DNA of 63,318 nucleotides, filler included, from Octopus bimaculoides (lineage: Eukaryota), in the NCBI RefSeq assembly GCF_001194135.2. It is 7 parts of 7 records of this genome, joined end to end, with 100 filler letters (N's around TTAATTAATTAA, not from the genome) between each part and the next. Parts side by side here need not be neighbours in the genome. Positions count along the whole stretch, not along the records: positions 1 to 1,692 come from NW_026371731.1; positions 1,793 to 3,818 come from NW_026327801.1; positions 3,919 to 29,003 come from NC_069004.1; 4 more parts are not named here. One strand, written 5' to 3'. The position numbers and the translations under genes are program-made. Below, piece by piece: positions 1 to 13,039 of this stretch. The number at the start of each line of letters is the position of its first letter. Positions within the stretch are counted from its first letter, which is position 1. The notes beneath the pieces are model-generated. The model saw only the letters and a program-made list of their open reading frames with translations. It made no database searches and was not told where the DNA came from.

Positions 1-645
1 AAGGAAAATGGGTAGTGGTGGGTAGGTACCGCCAGCGAGTAGAGAGGGCTACACACACACGCACAAACATATTGTTATCATACGTACTCACACACACATT
101 CACATATATATTATCACCATTTAACATTCGTGTTCCATGGTGGCATGGGTTGGACAGTTTGATCGTATCCAGTGGACCCATGGCCTACATCATGCTCCAG
201 TATCTGCTTTGACATGGTTTCTATAGCTGGGTACCCTTACAAGTACCACTTACTTTACAGCATGTACTTTTTCATGCTACCTGCACTAGTGAGGCCACAC
301 CATACAGGTTTACAAGACTATGAATGCCAACTTTATGCTGGGAAATGAAGGATAAAAGCAGGAGAGGAACCAGAACAGAACCAGTTTCTTGCTGTATAGG
401 AACTACATGACTACTCACATTTTAGAAGAGATGAGTGAATGACTGGAGCTGAGAAGCCATTATTATACATATGTCTATCTATGTTTATATCTATGATGGC
501 TATCCACTCAGGTCCAAGAAAGACTATCACTATAAAAAGAACTGTACTTTAAACAGAGGCTCTTTAAGCTGGCCAGGAACTTAATATGTGTTTTGGCAGA
601 CCTTACAACTTATAATGAGTTGTATTTCACTAAATTATATATATA

Positions 646-1058
646 AAGGGGTTGGACAAGATAATGGAAACACCTAGCATCATAGAATCATAATTCTGAA
701 ATATCTAAAAAACCATCAACAGCTTGTTTATTTTTATGTTTTTTTATTTATTATTAGTGTTGTTTAATATGTTTTGCTAAAATTGCTTTTTCTTTCCAGA
801 TATCATCAGAAAAAGGAAATTAAAATTCATTAAAATGACAGATCTATTGGACTTTCAAAGAGGTGTAATTGTTGGTGCTGATATGGCAGGCACTAGCATA
901 ACGAAAACAGCTGAAATGGTTGCTGCATCAAGAAGTACTGTCTCGGAAACAATGACAGCCTTTGAGAAAGAGGGAAAAACCTCCTCGTTGAAACAAAACT
1001 CTGGAAGAAAACCAAATCTTTCAGATAGGGACCATTGGACTCTTACACGAATTGTTAT
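646..1058 (+). mobile_element. Tc1/mariner 5' fragment (left TIR plus N-terminal HTH of transposase)
   Basis: TA followed by AAGGGGTTGGACAAGATAATGGAAACACC, a Tc1-type terminus. ORF 835 MTDLLDFQRGVIVGA...SRSTVS...NSGRKPNLSDRD is a Tc1 DNA-binding region. Truncated. Confidence 0.8.
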
Positions 1059-1736
1059 TTTTAAGGTGAATAACTATAAAGATATTCTCTGCAAAGCATA
1101 ATCTACAGGATTAAAGCATTCGAACAAATAAATTATTCTATATAAATTAACCAATCTAATAATGGCTTCAAATTTAGTCATAAAGCCAGCAACTTTTGAG
1201 GGAGGGGAATTAGTTGATGACATTGACCCATGTATTTAACCAGTACATTATTTTATCAAACCCAAATGAATGAAAGGTAAAGCTGACATCGACAAGATTT
1301 GCACACAAAATTTTAAATGCTGCTAAAATTACAGCAAAGCATTTTTTTCAACCACTCCAACAATATTCTGCTTATCCAATAATTCAGAATGATATTTCCA
1401 AGACAAACTTATTATTTTCATTCACCAATCCATACAGTCAATTTTCTCCTCTCTTCTGCCTCCAGTAATTAAAAAATTAAAAACAGACTTATTCAAATAA
1501 AACAAAACAAAGCAAAATATTTTTATATTTATTTTTTAAATCTTTTATTTCTTTTATTCTCATTGGTGTTCAGAAATAACTTTTGTTTATTTTATTCTTT
1601 TCTTCTGCTCACCAGTCTTGACCTTGCACCCTAACTTTTCTCTCTTTCACACATTATATAGATGTACATTACACATATACATATGTACATATNNNNNNNN
1701 NNNNNNNNNNNNNNNNNNNNNNNNNNNNNNNNNNNN

Positions 1737-1748
1737 TTAATTAATTAA
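1737..1748. other. Synthetic six-frame stop linker TTAATTAATTAA in an unsized assembly gap
   Basis: Identical 12-mer centred in ~44 N on each side. Also at 3863, 29048, 52539, 60260 and 61817. Confidence 0.95.
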
Positions 1749-2102
1749 NNNNNNNNNNNNNNNNNNNNNNNNNNNNNNNNNNNNNNNNNNNNATATATAA
1801 ATTGAAAGGTGCCCGTTTTACGTATATATATATATATATATATATATATGCGACGGGCACCTTTCATTTTCCGTCTGCCAAATCCACTCACAAGGCTTTG
1901 GTCGGTCCGAGGCTATAGTAGAAGACAGTTGCCCAAGGTGTCACGTAGTGGGACCGAACCCGAAACGAAGAGGTTGGGAAGCAAGCATCTTACCACAGTC
2001 ACGCCTGTGCCAATACATAAGTATGTGTCTAGGTGACCACCTATATATACGTATGCGCGAATGTTTCCGTGTGTATACACACACAGACGCAGAAGTGTGT
2101 GC

Positions 2103-2133
<31 letters not shown>

Positions 2134-3290
2134 AGTGAATGCGAGTGTCCTTAGAATCTATTTTCTATCATTCCTCACAACAGCGAAAATACAGGAAAGC
2201 TATATATATGCACATATATTAAAGAGCCGTCCTGCCACCGAAAAACAATCTGGTAACTTAACATAAAAGGTGGGTAAGAGAGAGAGAGAGAGGGGAGGTT
2301 AGAAAGAGAGAGAGAGGGGGTTAGAAAGAGAGAGNNNNNNNNNNNNNNNNNNNNNNNNNNNNNNNNNNNNNNNNNNNNNNNNNNNNNNNNNNNNNNNNNN
2401 NNNNNNNNNNNNNNNNNNNNNNNNNNNNNNNNNNNNNNNNNNNNNNNNNNNNNNNNNNNNNNNNNNNNNNNNNNNNNNNNNNNNNNNNNNNNNNNNNNNN
2501 NNNNNNNNNNNNNNNNNNNNNNNNNNNNNNNNNNNNNNNNNNNNNNNNNNNNNNNNNNNNNNNNNNNNNNNNNNNNNNNNNNNNNNNNNNNNNNNNNNNN
2601 NNNNNNNNNNNNNNNNNNNNNNNNNNNNNNNNNNNNNNNNNNNNNNNNNNNNNNNNNNNNNNNNNNNNNNNNNNNNNNNNNNNNNNNNNNNNNNNNNNNN
2701 NNNNNNNNNNNNNNNNNNNNNNNNNNNNNNNNNNNNNNNNNNNNNNNNNNNNNNNNNNNNNNNNNNNNNNNNNNNNNNNNNNNNNNNNNNNNNNNNNNNN
2801 NNNNNNNNNNNNNNNNNNNNNNNNNNNNNNNNNNNNNNNNNNNNNNNNNNNNNNNNNNNNNNNNNNNNNNNNNNNNNNNNNNNNNNNNNNNNNNNNNNNN
2901 NNNNNNNNNNNNNNNNNNNNNNNNNNNNNNNNNNNNNNNNNNNNNNNNNNNNNNNNNNNNNNNNNNNNNNNNNNNNNNNNNNNNNNNNNNNNNNNNNNNN
3001 NNNNNNNNNNNNNNNNNNNNNNNNNNNNNNNNNNNNNNNNNNNNNNNNNNNNNNNNNNNNNNNNNNNNNNNNNNNNNNNNNNNNNNNNNNNNNNNNNNNN
3101 NNNNNNNNNNNNNNNNNNNNNNNNNNNNNNNNNNNNNNNNNNNNNNNNNNNNNNNNNNNNNNNNNNNNNNNNNNNNNNNNNNNNNNNNNNNNNNNNNNNN
3201 NNNNNNNNNTATATATATATATATAGACATATATATATATATATACGCAGGTTTATGCATGTATATATGCAGCTATATATATATGTATAG

Positions 3291-3342
<52 letters not shown>

Positions 3343-3576
3343 TTGTGTGTGCATGTGTGTTTGTATTGATATATAGATATATACACATACAAACATGTCG
3401 ATATAAATCTAATAGATTTATCATCACAAGGCATCTGATGGTAAATCTATTAGATTTCAATAAAGGAAAATGGCGCTCGCATAACATAATTGAGAGAACA
3501 AGATTTCAATTTATTTCCCGTCGTTTGCCTTAACATATTTATTTCTTCATTTACTTTTTCATTGATAATCAGTTAA

Positions 3577-3662
<86 letters not shown>

Positions 3663-3918
3663 CTGTCTCTTCTTCCCTATTAAAATATATTCTTACAAAT
3701 ATTCGTCCATATTTGCATCAAATTTTCCATCTCTCTCTAACTCTTATCGGCTATATTTGTGCGCGCGCACTCATACATACGCGCGCGCGCACGCACACAC
3801 ACACACACACACACACACNNNNNNNNNNNNNNNNNNNNNNNNNNNNNNNNNNNNNNNNNNNNTTAATTAATTAANNNNNNNNNNNNNNNNNNNNNNNNNN
3901 NNNNNNNNNNNNNNNNNN

Positions 3919-4291
3919 CTATGATGGAATTGTCTCCTTGTAGCCTTTTCATAGCGAACTTTTCTTCCTTAGTGATGTTTGGTTTGGGAAGTTTCGCTTT
4001 CTCCAGTACCTGTCTCACCTTCCACCTTAGTTCATCTCCCTGAGCTTTCGGTATCTTTACCGCTATCTCTTCAATAGGGGCTATTATGTCCAAGTATGGA
4101 ATGCGCTTGATGGTTGTCGCAAAGTTGAGACCTTTGTTCAGTACGGCTTCTTCGGAGTCTTCCAGACGTCGGCTACTTACATTAATCACTGCTTTCACAG
4201 GTGGGTGATGGACTTCAGTCTTCATTCTCCGACCTTTGAGTTTCATAAACTTCTTAATCTGGCGTGTCTTCACCGTTTCAAATTCTTTCAT
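3919..4291 (-). mobile_element. Penelope-like element, N-terminal region upstream of RT
   Basis: VINVSSRRL..SEEAVLNKGLNFA...LRWKV...KPNITKEEKFAMKRLQGDNSII is typical of PLE ORFs just before the ADKGN motif. Runs into a gap. Confidence 0.8.
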
Positions 4292-4337
4292 GTATATATT
4301 TGTATGTATATAAACAAATGAGTTGGTTTAATTCCAG

Positions 4338-4431
4338 ATGAATGTCGGGCACTGACTGGAGATTCTCCTGACATTTTCCCTCTACTCTGTTCTGCCATGG
4401 AAGCTCTTCAAGACCGACCATTGTTGCTAAA
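4338..4431 (+). CDS. COG6: COG6 internal exon (first one visible), xECRALTGDSPDIFPLLCSAMEALQDRPLLL
   Basis: Acceptor ttccag at 4337. Peptide matches the COG6 family motif ECR...AMEALQDRP. Ends in phase 2 at AA|GCAAGT (GC donor), the only phase-compatible join to the next exon. 94 nt. Confidence 0.88.
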
Positions 4432-5448
4432 GCAAGTACAAACTAATATCTAGTTTATTTTCGTAACCCTGCAGATACTAGATAGATAGAATTGAATAAA
4501 TAACTTGAGAAACAAATAAGTCTGCTTGATATCATGGTTGTAGTTGGTACTAGGAGAATAATTCCATTAGACAAAAATGAGAAAAAGACTAGGTCACTGA
4601 AAAAATACTTTGTCTACTGGAGGATGGTAGGGGTTCACTCCCCTGCTTGCAATATATACAGGGTACAGGCTACACCTTTAATCAGAATATCTGCCTGGGG
4701 TTAAAATTGTAGTGATATCGAGCAGCCATATTGATGTGGCGATTAACTTTACTTGTCAGTATAGAAACTACTCTCATCTCTTATCAAGATTTTCCAACTG
4801 GCTCCTTTGCTAGTCATATTATACATTCATTTTAATAAGTTCTTGGATAACTGTCCATTGATTACACATAGACTTGTTGAATCACATTAAATGTGGAATA
4901 TTTCATGTTGGCAAGGGGGAAAAGAGGCATCCATTTCTATTGGTTCACAAACTCTTCAACTTTTATTCATTCATCTTACGACGTGGTTGAACAACCAATC
5001 TCTATCAGTCAGGATTCACTGTATGGGTTGTGTTATTCACAAGACCTCCATCCTCATCTTTGTAATGCCAATCTGTCACAAGATTAACCATTTACAAATG
5101 AGTGGACAGAAGCAGCATGAAATTAAGTGTTTTAGCCAGGAGCACAACCCATAACTGGTCAGGAAATAGAACTCATGAGCTTGTGATCACGAATGTAACA
5201 CCCTCACCACTAAGCCATCTAGAATACTAGGTTCTTAACAGTTATTACATCTGCACAGTTTTGCTTTGCCATTGTGTACCTGTAGTCACTGCTGTCATGT
5301 AATGTCCTATGTTCTGAACAGTTATTACTGCTACATGCATCACTCTTGTTATATAACTGTGGTTGCTACTGTTACATGTAATATTACCCTGTCTTTGTAC
5401 AGTTGTTGTGACATGCTGTCTGATGTAACAATATATTTTTCTTTGCAG

Positions 5449-5525
5449 TTACTCCCTGGATGAATATGGTACTGCTCGGCGCACAGCTATTGTCCGTGGT
5501 TTAATTGATGCTTTGACCCGAGGAG
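5449..5525 (+). CDS. COG6: COG6 internal exon, [25 protein letters not shown]
   Basis: ttctttgcag acceptor and G|gtcagt donor. Matches the COG6 motif [23 protein letters not shown]. 77 nt. Confidence 0.95.
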
Positions 5526-7000
5526 GTCAGTTTGGTTTGTTGTTTTCAAATGTTTCCTCAGTAAATTCCCTCTGAGAACACCTTTATCAATTTCTCTTAT
5601 TCAATTTCAGGTCAGTTGATTACACTGTATAACAAGATTTTTGTCCTTGGGTAGCAACTGTTATTTCGTATTTGCTTACCCCTAGAAAGTATGAGAAATG
5701 GCTAATATTTCCTTCAAACTTTGCTTTTGTTACATTTATCCAAACCCCAAACAATTCCTTTCAACACATGGCTATGATGCTCCCCAACTATTCCTGCTCA
5801 TGATCAGAGATGCATATACTGACAGCCACTAAAGGACATGCTCAAGTAGTTAAGGTCAAGCAATTGGCAAGCAAATCTGTGGTATGGAGCACAATATTTG
5901 CTATAACATTATTTCTGCTTCAGCAACTCCACTGAATCTGTCTGAAATATAATGGAAAATAGGTCAGTTTCAAAACATTGACGTCCAAGTCACGAAAGTA
6001 AAGTTTGAAGGGAACAATAGTCATTTCGGTTGATTTCTAGATGGAAGCAGGAAATAATACTTACTGACCAGAGACAAAAAAAAAAAAATTTTAATTTTGT
6101 TACTCAGTGTTGCATGAAGTATTCAAGCTGTGACCATCTCATCTATTTTAAGATATAGTATATATAGGACTACATTATCAATTATGACTTTTTTAAAGAA
6201 TGAGATTTGGTTGCTGTATTTAGCTGGTCAAGCAACTATGTAGCCATGTAGAAGCTCCCCTGTTGAACACTGCGACCACCTGACATACACTGATGTCACC
6301 TTACATAGGAGTATGGGAGAATATTGTTAGACAGTGAGGTAACAGACCTGACCAGACAAGACCAGACAATTGTGTCATTTGCTACGAAACAACTCTCTCT
6401 GCCTCTCCTTCTCTCCATTAGTGGTTGGTGAAAAAGACCTTGTGAGCTCTGAGACACTTAACGAAGATATCAATTTACATGTGTGATTAAGGTAGTGAGC
6501 TGGCAGAATCATTAGCACGCCAGGCGAAATGCTTAGCAGTATTTCATCCGTCTTCACGTTTTGTGTTCAAATTCCACCGAGGTCATCTTTGCCTTTCATC
6601 TTTTTGGAGTCAATAAAATAAGTACCAGTGAAGTACTGGGGATTACCAGTAATTGACTTACCCCCTCCCTAAAAATTGCTGACCAAGTGCCAAAATTTGA
6701 AAGCAATTTACATGTGTGGTTGGTGAACTGACAGAGTCACTAAGCCATTTTCATACCAAATTACTTGAGACCACCCCTAGTCCTATGGTACACACTTCAG
6801 TACAAGGCGTCTTTAATCACTAGTGTTGTTGTTTAATATTAGGTCAGCTCTGACGATTTTGGTCATTATTATAGGGCATAATGGGCCCTGACTGAAATAA
6901 AAAGAAAAGGTTTTTTTTTTCTTCTTTCAAATGATGTAGAAGCGTTAGATTTTACTTGGATATATTTTCTTTGTTTTAATGTATTTACATTTCTGTTCAG

Positions 7001-7138
7001 GCCCTGGAGGTACTCCACGTCCTATTGAATTACATTCCCATGATCCTCTGCGCTATGTTGGAGATATGTTGGCATGGCTGCACCAAGCTGCTGCATCGGA
7101 GAAAGAATACCTGCAAACTCTGATCAAATCCTGCAAAC
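7001..7138 (+). CDS. COG6: COG6 internal exon, [46 protein letters not shown]
   Basis: gttcag acceptor and C|gtaagt donor. Contains the near-invariant COG6 signature [29 protein letters not shown]. 138 nt. Confidence 0.97.
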
Positions 7139-7579
7139 GTAAGTGCCTCTACTTTACAGATTATTGCAAGACAGTTGGGGAGAGTGTTGTTTTTGTTATG
7201 GTTTAACCTAGGGTCAGTCATAATACAGTAGACTTATGATCATTCTGGGGTTTTTTTTCACTGGCGCAGTGTATCCCAGAATAAATTAGTTAATGGGATT
7301 TTGTTTTTGAATATAATTGATTGTGGATTCAGGGCAATTTGACTGCTATTTCTGAAATGTCATGCAAACACATAAAGGCTCCTCTGTTGCTAGATTTTTG
7401 GCTTTCATCATTCAGAGTTTTTAATATCAATACCAGTAACATACTAGGGTTGATTGTACCTTACTGCTTTCAAAAGGGATGTAGACATTGCATATTGTTT
7501 TCTGAGATACACTATGACTGAAAAAATAGGACCAGCAAGGCTGAAATTTTTTTATCATAAGGTATGCTCAGTTACAGCT

Positions 7580-7972
7580 TCTTGTTGTTGTTGTTGGCAC
7601 TCCGTCGCTTACGACTTCGAGGATTCCAGTTGATCCGATCAACGGAACAGCCTGCTCGTGAAATTAACGTGCAAGTGGCTGAGCACTCCACAGACACGTG
7701 TACCCTTAACGTAGTTCTCGGGGATATTCAGCATGACACAGTGTGACAAGGCTGGCCCTTTGAATTACAGGCACAACAGAAACAGGAAGAAAGAGTGAGA
7801 GAAAGTTGTGGTGAAAGAATACAGCAGGGTTCGCCACCATCCCCTGCTGGAGCCTCGTGGAGCTTTAGGTGTTTTCACTCAATAAACACTCACAACGCCT
7901 GGTCTGGGAATCGAAACCACGATCCTATGACTGCAAGTCTGCTGCCCTAACCACTGGGCCATTGCGCCTCCA
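7580..7972 (-). mobile_element. Full-length tRNA-derived SINE with 13-bp TSD
   Basis: tRNA-like head (minus strand GTGGAGGCGCAATGGCCCAGTGGTTAGGGCAGC...TTCGATTCCCAG) and (CAA)n tail. Direct repeat CTCAGTTACAGCT at 7567-7579 and 7973-7985. Confidence 0.85.
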
Positions 7973-8689
7973 CTCAGTTACAGCTAATCAGGGATTAAAC
8001 AACAACAACAACAACAAGACCATGGCTATTCTATTGGGGCTCAAGTGACATTTTATTTAAGTGAGGGATTTCTAACCCCTCTTTTGCCAAACACCCACCA
8101 AAAACTCTTGAGTACTTACTACTAGTCTCACCTTTCACCTTTATGTGATAAAAGTTGCGGTTGTAATCAAGCTCGAATAAATGTGTTGCTCATCACTGAA
8201 TGGATTAAGTGATTTAAAGATTAACAACTAGATTAGTGATAAACAATAGGATTTACAGTTATAAAGCATAAGCTATCAACTAAAAATATTTATGATTTTT
8301 CACTCTGGTTTGAAATTTCAAACTAATAGTGAAACACAATTGCTCCACATATCAATCATCATCATCATCAATATTTAACATCCATTTTCCATGCTGGTAT
8401 GGGTTGGATGGCTTGATAGGAACTGGCAAGGTTAGGGGCCGCACCAAGTTCCATTGTCTGTTTTGGCTTAGTTTCTACAGCTGGACACCAACCACTTAAC
8501 TGAGTGTACTGGGTGCTTTATACGTTGCACCAGCCTGAGTGCTTTTTCTGTGGCACCTTTATTTTTAGACTCTCAGCATGGTGCCTTGGGTTCAGGATCC
8601 TGGATACGTTATTATGTCTCAGCCCTTGAAACATGAGCAGCATTTAATTCAGGTTTTCATGAGCACTGTAAATGTTAAGTATTCTTATA

Positions 8690-8940
8690 CTGAGGATCTT
8701 TCCTGGTGAAAACATATCCTCAACATAGCAAAAACTGCACCACAATGAATGACTTTCATCATTAGGACCAGAAAATTCTTCAGCCCAATTACTAACTTTT
8801 ACAAAGCTCATGTGAAATCCACTACGGAATTCTACTCTCACGTGTAGGTGCTGCTGCTATACACAAATTACATTCAAAGAAAGGCCATTTGATTGATTGT
8901 TAGGAAGCTACTTATCACCACACTTCAACCTCTGCTCTAC
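8690..8940 (+). mobile_element. Degenerate CR1/Jockey-like LINE RT C-terminal fragment
   Basis: FYKAHVKSTTEFYSHV..IQRKAI resembles the YKA.VRP.MEY.SH.W / IQ.RA motif. Many lesions. Confidence 0.5.
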
Positions 8941-9605
8941 TAATATGTCTCCTTTGCTGGGCGAAATGCTTAATGGTATTTCGTCTGTGTGGTAAGTAGC
9001 TTGCTTACCAACCACATGGTTCTGGGTTCAGTCCCACTGTGTGGCACCTTGGGCAACTGAAGGCGACGAGTTGGCAGAAACGTTAGCATGCCGGGCAAAA
9101 TGCTTAATGGTATTTTGTCTGTCTTTATGTTCTCAACCTGTTTTCCCTCAGGCCCCACTATAACTTTCCAGGAAAACATATGCCCCCACCAATGGTTGGA
9201 AATAAACAACTTTATTTTTAATATTTCATAATTATACACTTTCCTTAAAGAAATATCCACACCAGGGCATTAGAATAACACTATACTATAGAGAACAATC
9301 TTCACACAGTATGCTTAACTGGAGGGATTGGTTTGACTGAGCTGAATATAAATGTAATATGTTTGTTGTGAAAAAAAAAATTTTTTTTCACAATTCCATA
9401 TCTCACTAAAAACAAAAAGAAAAAGAAATTTTGGATCGCATGCCCTATTGGTGTGGCATATGCTCCACATTGGGAATCACTGCTCTATCTTTTCTCCTTT
9501 TACCACTACCACAGAAGCTCCCTGACCCTCTGAACTGGCTAAGCTTATGCCACTTCCATTCCATCATTCTCAATATACTCATATCTCTTCGTCACATCTG
9601 CCAGC

Positions 9606-10330
9606 AGCAGTCAACGCAGGAGAAACTTGGAAAATGGCTGCTAAAATTATTCAGAGGTTGTATGCTTCCACCAACAATGTCTATTTAGAATACTCAAGAT
9701 CATTTACAGGGACAGAGTCACGAACTCTGAAGTTCTGAGAAGAGCCAAACTATGAAACCTGCATGAGACTTGTGGTGTTATGGGCTGTGACGAGCTATGT
9801 GTTGTGGTGGAGAGGGGTGAGGCAAATGGAGGTGAAGCCAGACCGGAAGGGCCAAACCGGAAGGGTCAGATCGGAAGTCGGCGACACGCGGTTGAAGGCT
9901 AGCATGTGGGGCCAGTGAGAAAACAGCGACGTTACGAGAAAGACGTGTTCTGATTAGGAGCGATCATGTACCCCGCTGCGGTCGGCAAGGTAAGGTCCAA
10001 CGCTTCATTCTGTCCTTTTGCTTCTTGTTGTCTTCTTCCTCCATCGCACCACAAGACTGGCAGAAAGAAGAGCAAGACTTGCAGGTCATGCTTTCTGAAT
10101 GCCAGAAGGATGAATACTCAAGACATTTATGTAATAGGTACTGCTAGAGAGATGAAAGAAGAATGAGAAGACTGAAGAAGGTATGGCATACCACCTTCAA
10201 AAAAGATCTACAGCATCTTAGCATCACCTGGGAAGATGCAGGTGACTTTGCTCAAAACTGAGATGATGGAAGATGTCTTGTTGCTTGATGTACAGGCTAA
10301 CTGTATGGGAAGAAATAAGATTCAGACAAA
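9606..10330 (+). mobile_element. Degenerate RTE-clade LINE 3' fragment interrupted by a solo LTR
   Basis: AGETWKMAAKIIQRL..HQQCLFRILKIIYRDRVTNSEVLRRA before the insertion. ERRARLAGH...KVWHTTFKKDL..TWEDA after it. Confidence 0.75.
9771..10053. mobile_element. Solo LTR (283 bp) with 5-bp TSD AGACT
   Basis: Starts TGTGGTG, ends CACCACA (TG...CA with terminal inverted repeat). AGACT at 9766-9770 and 10054-10058. CpG-rich relative to the flanks. Confidence 0.85.
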
Positions 10331-11407
10331 GACGTCCTCTCGTCTACATTCTGTCTCACCTTCCTACCACCCACTAATGACAATGTCCAGGCCTTTGATT
10401 CTAGAATGTTGGCTTTCTCTTCTAGAATTCTTTTCCTGGATATGGACATGTATTATTTAAAAAAACTGAACTTTGAACTTGAAATAGAAATGTGGTAATA
10501 AGACACAGTGAAAAGAACAAAAAAAACGAGAAAGTTGAAATGAGCAAATATGAAAAATATTTATTTGGGTATGATCAGATGCATTCAAATATTAACCATT
10601 CCAGCTTTTATTCAGATATAGTGTATCTTGGACTACATTATTTTATGTGATTTTAATTTTGTAAGATGGTAGAGTATGATTTAAGGGAGATTTGATTGCT
10701 ATTTCTCACAGGTCAAGTGATCTGTCTTTCAGGGTACAAAGGTCTGTGGAATATTCAGCTACATACATGCAATGAGATGATAGTTCTGTTTATTGAATAA
10801 CTGGAATGTTGATTTATTTACACACTTTCTATAAGGAAATAAATGATCAGCGAGAACAGAAGGGAAGAGAGAAATCTTTAGTCTTGGCAGAGACAAAACA
10901 ACTTCCCTGTTGCTGATCAATGAATGGGAACAATGCAGGGATGTGGAATCTTGCTGTAGAAGAGACAACCTCAATCATGTTGATGAATGAATAATGAATG
11001 AATGACTGGAGATGATGTAGAGGAGAAAGAGAGCCCTTTTGTCTTGTTAGAAACAAGACAACATCTCTAATGCTGGTGCACCTAGTACACTCTGTACAAT
11101 GGCTGGTGACTGGAAGAGCATCCAGCTGTAGAAACTGGGCCAAGGGAAAATAGAAAGTAGGAATGTGACATGGACCTTGATTCATCCTGGGGGGAAGTAA
11201 TTCCATATAAGAACTAATTTGGACAATGATGATCCATCCAACGCAAATCAGCGTGGAAAAGCAGAGGTAAAATGATGATGATGGTGGTGATGATGTTGAT
11301 ATCTGTGTAACATGTATGCTAAATGATACTAATACAAGACAATCAAATGCCAAAAATATTAAAGATAATACAAGATATTTTGTCTCCTTTTTCTAACACC
11401 ATTTTAG

Positions 11408-11472
11408 CTGACCCTGAATTAATCCAGAAAATTCTGGGACATATTACTGAAGGTGTATGCCGTCCTTTTAAG
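11408..11472 (+). CDS. COG6: COG6 internal exon, PDPELIQKILGHITEGVCRPFK
   Basis: Branch-like ctaac plus ttttag acceptor, AAG|gtaaat donor. GHITEGVCRP.K motif. 65 nt, phase consistent. Confidence 0.95.
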
Positions 11473-11615
11473 GTAAATATCATCTCTTGTTTTCTTTTCT
11501 TTTCATGATGCCAGACCAGCAAAAATGTTGATTCTGATATATAGCTAATCTGGCTGTTTGATCTCCACACACACACACACACACACATGGAAAATGGATG
11601 TTAAATGATGATGAT

Positions 11616-12010
11616 CAGGAGTGGCTGTGTGGTAAGTAGCTTGCTTACCAACCACATGGTTCCGGGTTCAGTCCCACTGCGTGGCACCTTGGGCAAGTGT
11701 CTTCTACTATAGCCTTGGGCCGACCGAAGCCTTGTGAGTGGATTTGGTAGACAGAAACTGAAAGAAGCCTGTCGTATATATGTATGTGTGTGTGTTTGCG
11801 TGTCTGTGTTTGTCCCCCCACCAATATCGCTTGACAACCAATGCTGGTGTGTTTACGTCCCTGTAACTTAGCGGTTCAATAAAAGAGACCGATAGAATAA
11901 GTACTAGGCTTACAAAGAATAAGTCCTGGAGTCGATTTGCTCGACCAAAGGTGGTGCTCCAGCATGGTCGCAGTCAAATGACTGAAACAAATAGAAGAAT
12001 AAAAGAGTAT
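11616..12010 (+). mobile_element. Abundant composite tRNA-SINE, + copy
   Basis: Head GGAGTGGCTGTGTGGTAAGTAGCTTGC...GTTCAGTCCCAC, CORE-like CCTTGGGCAAGTG, internal (TA/TG)n and 3' module ending GACTGAAACAAA. Other copies or parts at about 1851-2011(-), 36730-37060, 38260-38460, 40240-40950(-), 60660-60850. Confidence 0.85.
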
Positions 12011-12333
12011 ANNNNNNNNNNNNNNNNNNNNNNNNNNNNNNNNNNNNNNNNNNNNNNNNNNNNNNNNNNNNNNNNNNNNNNNNNNNNNNNNNNNNNNNNN
12101 NNNNNNNNNNNNNNNNNNNNNNNNNNNNNNNNNNNNNNNNNNNNNNNNNNNNNNNNNNNNNNNNNNNNNNNNNNNNNNNNNNNNNNNNNNNNNNNNNNNN
12201 NNNNNNNNNNNNNNNNNNNNNNNNNNNNNNNNNNNNNNNNNNNNNNNNNNNNNNNNNNNNNNNNNNNNNNNNNNNNNNNNNNNNNNNNNNNNNNNNNNNN
12301 NNNNNNNNNNNNNNNNNNNNNNNNNNNNNNNNN

Positions 12334-12372
<39 letters not shown>

Positions 12373-12387
12373 TACACACATATATAT

Positions 12388-12745
12388 TCTTTTATTCTTT
12401 TAATTGTTTCAGTCATTTGACTGCGGCCATGCTGGACCACCACCTTTAGTTGAGCAAATTGACTCCAGGACTTATTCTTTGTAAGCCTATTGGTCTCTTT
12501 TGCCAAACTGCTAAGTAACGTGGGCATAAACACCAGCATTGGTTGTCAAGCGATGGTTGGAGGACAAACACAGACACACAAGCATATACACACACACACA
12601 TATATATGTATACTACGAGCTCCTTTCAGTTTCTGTCTACCAAATCCACTCACAAGGCTTTGGTTGGCCCAAAGCTATAGTGGGACTGAACCTGGAACCA
12701 TGCGGTTGGTAAGCAAGCTACTTACCACACAGCCACTCCTGTGCC
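12388..12745 (-). mobile_element. Same composite SINE, inverted copy
   Basis: Reverse complement of the 11616-12010 family, with an internal deletion near 12678. Confidence 0.85.
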
Positions 12746-13039
12746 TATATGTATAATATATTGATGTATATGATTATAAGAAAAATATTTCCTCCAATAC
12801 ATAGACTTCACTTTGAAGTGTTCAGGATATTCAAACCAGAGGCATTAAAATAATGCAGAAGTAAGAATCAAAGTTATGCAAATCAAGTTCACATATACAT
12901 TTGTATTTATTCAGCCCTAGACCCAACATGCAGGAATTTTTCCAAAAATATATTCAATGCATCAAACATATCCAAAATATATAGAGTAATCAATGCATTA
13001 AAAATATACATATAAAAATATATACATATATAGATCATC

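Noticed and set aside
11616-11690. tRNA-like heads of SINEs as tRNA genes
   Set aside because: They continue into SINE bodies and tails and lack a full cloverleaf.
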